Assembly (NCBI GenBank): GCA_010405405.1
Contig: MU004245.1
Location: 127,256-191,255, forward strand
DNA length: 64,000 nt
From: Microthyrium microscopicum
Lineage: Eukaryota
Direction of reading: 5' to 3'
The translations under genes were made by a program, and so were the position numbers. This document shows, in pieces, positions 58,635 through 64,000 of this stretch (its first letter is position 1; every line of letters begins with the position of its first letter). Under the pieces are notes generated by a model, which saw only the letters and a list, made by a program, of their open reading frames with translations, was not told the origin of the DNA and ran no database searches.

Positions 58635-61600
58635 TTTGGCGTTCAACTCAACAGTGAGATCGCAGTGACAGACGAGTCCAACCTTGAAAGCGTGGAGGCG
58701 TCAGTGCCCCCATTGTATACTTCTTATAACTGACCCCTCAACCCCATTTTTTACTTGCAATACTACTTATATCAGCTAGTGGCTTTATATCCATATTGAG
58801 TCTCACGAACGAGAGGTCAAAACCTGATTGTAGCGACCAACAAGCTTTACACCAATTGGAGCAGTTGAAATGTCGACAATGGAGATGTATAAGCAATACT
58901 CCCGCACGAATACCATCTCAGGTAGATGAACGAGTCGATTGAACACTCTATTTTGTTCTCGGATGAAGGATCCGGGGGTTTGGAGTTCAACAGAGATATA
59001 AGAGATAGGGTTCAAGCCACGAGAATATTTGTCCAAGATCCTAGGGTTTTTCATCTACCGGCTACTTCGATTCGTAGTCTGTTAAGATCAGGAGAACGTG
59101 CTATGATGCTATGCAATCTGATATAGCTTTGTCGCCTTTCAAACTTTGGCTAGGCGTAATTGATGACAGTCAATAGCCACGCCGTTAGAAGGTCCAAGCT
59201 GACCTGTGAAGCAAAAGATTATGATTGTACATTGATCACAGAGGTCAGGAGAATACGCGTCAAAGAGCTTGTGACTGTCGTCGTTCGGATGTTCCAAGAG
59301 CTTGGAGAGACTAGGCAAAAGATATCTTCTTATGAGCTAGAAGCCATTGAAGCTAGTCGGCGAAAGCCAAAGGATCCATCTCCATGGAGTAGAGACCGGA
59401 ATCCTGAGCCAGTTGGAGTGAGATATTAAAATTATAGTCTCAGGCAGAGAACTTGTTTCACTACATCCAGCTCGTTGAAATAGAAATCATGAAATCTGAC
59501 GATGAGGCAGAGTGCTCACGTAAAATCCAGATCCAGATCCAGATCTCAAATTCCAATGCCGAAAACTTTACCATGATTTTGAAAATGGACTGAATAGTAT
59601 TCATGTAAACTGCATAGCAATGGAATGTGCCCTAATAGGTTTGTTAGAAGTATGGCTAGTCGTTTATAAGGCTGTGACGTGCTGTGATTGGACAGCAGCA
59701 TCTATAAACTGTGTCAAAGTTGGAGGGCACTATCGGCCTGCTTGGTAGCAGTAAACAGTAAACTTGTCCGTAAAGGCTGTACGGGTTTGGAGTTTCTAAA
59801 GAACATCTTGCAGGATCTAAGCCGACAGCTTTAAGCATTTCATAAGGTGTAAAAAGTACCTTAAATACCTGCAGCAAGAGAGGCTCCCTTATTGTGACAC
59901 TTGATGGGCTTGGCCTTCAAGTTGTATAACTCTGTAATGAATTATAGGCTTCTTTTCATCTCACCTGTATTGAAAACTGTTTAGAGTACCAATGGCTGGG
60001 CAGACATCGGGCTGTTGGGCCTGGAGCACTGTTTACAAGCAAACATTTGGAGGGCACACAGCGGGAAAGGAGCGTGACTGGAAAGGATTGTTTGTAGTGT
60101 GTGAACGCAACCCAGCAAAGTGACAGGAAAAGCATGAAGCAGAAGAAAAGCTTCAGCATTCCAATACTGGCAATTGGAAAGGGGAAAACGCAGGAGAAAG
60201 CGTTTGGTACAAGACCATTGGTAAAAGAGGCAAGTTACACAAGGGAGGGACACCATTCATACCCATGGGTGCCATGCCAGAGGCTTCCGCGTGGAAGCGC
60301 CTGTGTTTGCGGGGCTGCCAATACCAATGCATGTGCAGCAGAGAAGAGAGAAGGAGTTCCATGAACTTCAAGGTGTACTGTACTTGCCAACGTTTTAATG
60401 GTGGTGATGGGCTCTCGACCGCGCAGGCAATTCGAAACGGTTTACTAGGTTAGACATTGCGCAGCGACAATGATAAACATTGAGGAAAGCAGTTCGCGGA
60501 GAAGAAAAGACCAAACTTTGAACCAGGACCAGGGACAAAGAAGGTTGAGGATTCGAGGAAAGTATGGTGCTGAAATGATCTTGATGCGATTCAAGGTATT
60601 GAGTGCTCCCTACATGGATGTACGGATCAAATACATGGATGGATTTGAATTCTTGGATAGAAGCATTCAGGCAGTCTCAGAGTTCAAATGCAGATGTTTA
60701 CCAAGTCACACTCAACAAAGGCATTTAGGATGGCAAACAAAGGAAGATAAAGATGCGTGTAATGGTATCAAGGAAGGAATCAAGGAAGGCTGAAGCGTCT
60801 TGATGTCTTGAAATACTGGTACGTGCCAGGTACCAGTATCCACCTGGCACCACGTGAACCTTGTGCAGATAATGGGAGAAGGCGGTTGCGCCAGTCAATA
60901 AATAACCGTAATACGACCCATAGTCATGCTATACATAGCTATTTATTGGTAATATAAGTAAGGTTCTCCCAAAGAAAGGCTGTAGTTTGCCACTAGTGTA
61001 TCTTACCCTCCTGGACCGGCCGTTTCCGGCGTAGTGAATAAAGCATCAACCAATAGACAATGTCATCCCAGAAAGCAGTCAGCCCAGTCGCAGCGCTCTC
61101 ACTCCCATTTTGTCTCTCGATGCTCCTCGCGCTGTAAAGTGTAAAGACCTGCCAAAAAGCCTCCATCCACTCAGCTGCTGTTTCTCGCTTGTCCATTCTG
61201 ATTCAAGAGTCTTCTGCTTCCAAAAGCCGTACACCCCTTTTGTTCAAGTTCTTCATCTTCTACTGCCTTCTCTCCAACTTCCTCTTCAGATCAAATTCCC
61301 ATCGGATCTTGACTTCCCATTGCGATTCTTGCAACTCTGTGCATTTATCCCTTCTCCAGAATACGCGCCAACGCTTTCCGACGCCTCCTCGCGCAGTCCA
61401 CTTTTCCACCCAGACCTGTCATCTGTCACTTTGTCCCCTCAGCCAGATTCTGCTCTCTCCCACAAACGTCCCCTCCCATCCTCCAAACGCGCTTCTACAA
61501 TACCCGTCCTCAGTTTCTTCACGACCCAAGAAGGTTCTGCTATCACCCGTCGTTGCCAAGCCGGCATATCCTGACCATCGTCTCTACCTACTGGTTGGCC

Positions 61601-61928
61601 CTCTTCTGCCTTTCCATGCCTCTTCGACATACACCTTCTTCCGTGAAGCTCCTTTGAGGTCTGCAGGTCAGCAGGAGAGCCTTCAGTCACTTTCTAATAT
61701 ACAGCCTTTCTAATCCTGTACGTTTGACTGTCCTTGCAAACACCAGCCATCTCCGTCTTCACGCATCGGAGCTCGTAGCACATTTCACCAACGACTCCTA
61801 CCCCTCCGTTTACTACTTTTCCCCAGTCGCTTGCATACAAAAGCTTACACTCGTCCAGAATCTGTTTAACCATTTACTCTTCAACTTGTCTCAACTGAAC
61901 TGCTTGTTATCGCTCAATCAAGTGCAAA

Positions 61929-63895
61929 ATGGCCAACAATATTGCTGGTAACCGTAATAGTACCCCTGAGGGATCTACTCTTCGTCCACCGTCGGCCCGT
62001 CAAATTGGAGCGGGTCATCATCTTCGAGCATCTGCCGACATCACTCCCTTTGCCTCCCCATCTCTGTCGGGTCGTGGGATTAGACCATCATCCGAAGTCT
62101 ACTACAACCAGGCCAACCAAGGCCAAGGTCAGAGCATCGATGATTTAGACAAGGCCACCCAGCAATGGCTTGCGGACATCGATCAATATGAAGCTACTCT
62201 AGAGGAAATGGCTACTGCTACCCTTGATCAAGATTTCAAAGATGAATTGAGCGCAATTGAACAATGGTTCAGGGTCCTTAGCGAGGCTGAACGAACCTCT
62301 GCTCTGTATGCCCTTTTGCAGCAGACCACTCAGGTTCAGATTCGATTCTTTATTCAGGTTCTACAGGAAATGGCCAAGACCCACCCTATATCTGGTATTT
62401 TGACCCCCGCCAACTTCGGCCAAAAGGGTCAGTCCTGCGATGGCCTAGAGATTTCCGTGCTAACATTTGCAGATCCCATGTCTCAAAAGCTCACTGACGC
62501 TATGAGCAAACTTGGAGTCGAAGGCTCCCGAAATTCTGTCGGTCTGAGCCGTCCTCCACCTTCACCCGGCGCAAAACGTCTCTCGGGGCTCGATCCATCC
62601 ATTATTAGTTCCATGTTTCCCGACGCCGCCGCGGCAATCGCCAAGCAAAAGGAGCAGTTCACCCAGCAGACTGGAATGGCTCCACCATCTACTCGTAACA
62701 GCATCATAGGTGATCGTACCTCTCTCATCGGGGATCGCACTTCCCTGGTCGGTGATCGAAGCTCTTTGATTGCTCCAACCATTTCTGCTCCCGAGGAGAA
62801 CAAAAAAGATGCTTCCGCTGCACCTTCTTCGCCTTGGGCTCAGCGCGGTGCTGATGGCCAGCGACCAAAGTCCTCTTCTAGTCAACAGCCACCAATGGGT
62901 CAATTCATTCAACCACCTCCTTCAGCTGGCGGGTTGAGATCCCCACGACCACCTCAAATTTCGGGTGATACCAATTTGCAAAGCACCACTTTGAATGCGC
63001 CAGAAGGACAGGCGATTCCTCTCCTTTCTCCATATCATGGAAGCGGCAATTGGGCATCCATGGTCAACACGCCTATGGTCCCAAATTTTGCCAACCAACA
63101 AGGCGCAAACCAGGCAGAAATGGTTGCCAATGCCACGGCCATGAAGCTTGCTGCGCTTTCAACCGTGAACAACAGGATCCAATTTGACGATGTACGCAAG
63201 TACCGCCGGTCGAGATCAAACGACGGTCAAGGACATGGTATTCCCCCATCTCCAGGCATTCCAGCCAACTTCATTATGACCAACGAGCATGGTCAAATGC
63301 TTACTCCACAACAAGCCGCCGCGCTTCAAGCTCAACAGCTAGCTGCGCTGAATGCGCGACGATCCAGGCCAAACTCGCCAGGGGTGTTTCTGTCTGGCGC
63401 TCCAAATCTTCATGCTTTGGGCTTCCAAGCTCCCCAAAATAATGCCTTTTTAACCACTCTGGATGCCAACGCCGCGATGGCAGCTGGCATGAATATTGGT
63501 CAATTCGGCATGGGCATGGGCATGGCTGGTGGCGATGGCTATCTTTCCGATCATGGTGATATGCGTCAACGTGGACGTTCTCCTCGTGGTAGACGTGGTA
63601 GCTCCAAGCCTCCAGAGGATCCTACAGATGCACATCTCTTGCAGGATATTCCATCTTGGCTTCGTAGCTTGCGTTTGCACAAGTATACGGATAACTTGAA
63701 AGACCTCAAGTGGCAAGAGCTTATTGAGCTCGACGATGATGGTCTAGAGAAACGGGGCGTTGCTGCAGTTGGTGCTCGACGCAAGATGCTCAAGGTAGGT
63801 TCATTTCTTATTACGCTTGCTTCGATTATTTACTAATTTCCTACCAGGTTTTCGAGCAGGTCAAGGAGGCCAAGGAGACTGGAAAGGTCAATTAA
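61929..63895 (+). CDS. VTS1: Vts1/Smaug SAM-domain RNA-binding protein
   Basis: [41 protein letters not shown]-domain; C-terminal [37 protein letters not shown]. Introns 62428-62472 and 63795-63847. Confidence 0.95.
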
Positions 63896-64000
63896 ACTGG
63901 CGCAAGCCATTAGAAAGGTATCCACCGGGAATCATTGGGAACTAATGGTGTCTTGCAAGAGAAATGCATGGAGTCTGGGAAAGAGGATTTTTTTGGCATA

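Noticed and set aside
58800..61900. Short ORFs, including Cys-rich ones at 60101-60453 and pyrimidine-rich ones at 61110-61713
   Set aside because: No signal peptide or domain. The pyrimidine-rich stretch fits a long VTS1 5' leader or promoter.

Overview
Intron-containing fungal nuclear DNA from a filamentous ascomycete. Introns are short GT-AG with CTRAC/CTAAY branch points; a Dothideomycete-like origin is an inference. Bases 1-~3880 are an AT-rich, CpA/TpG-depleted relic typical of repeat-induced point mutation (RIP). The remaining ~60 kb is gene-dense. Conserved housekeeping genes (SEY1, MAK16, VID28/ARMC8-like, RPL29, VTS1) are interleaved with accessory genes. Highlights: (i) a macrophomate-synthase-like aldolase beside a divergently transcribed fungal TF-domain gene, an SDR, a GST and a sugar porter; (ii) a compact four-gene block of two divergent pairs, 2OG-Fe(II) oxygenase/intronless PLP dehydratase and PaiB-like haem protein/PaiA-like GNAT, the latter mirroring bacterial paiAB; (iii) two secreted paralogues with PHM-like copper-monooxygenase ligand motifs; (iv) two paralogous six-Cys small secreted proteins, a LysM-GH18 chitinase and a HET-domain gene; (v) a tRNA-Ser(UGA) with exactly its first three acceptor-stem pairs mismatched; (vi) several over-long introns carrying central hairpins. 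Gene models were spliced by eye. Family calls rest on recognised motifs and recalled reference sequences, not on database searches.
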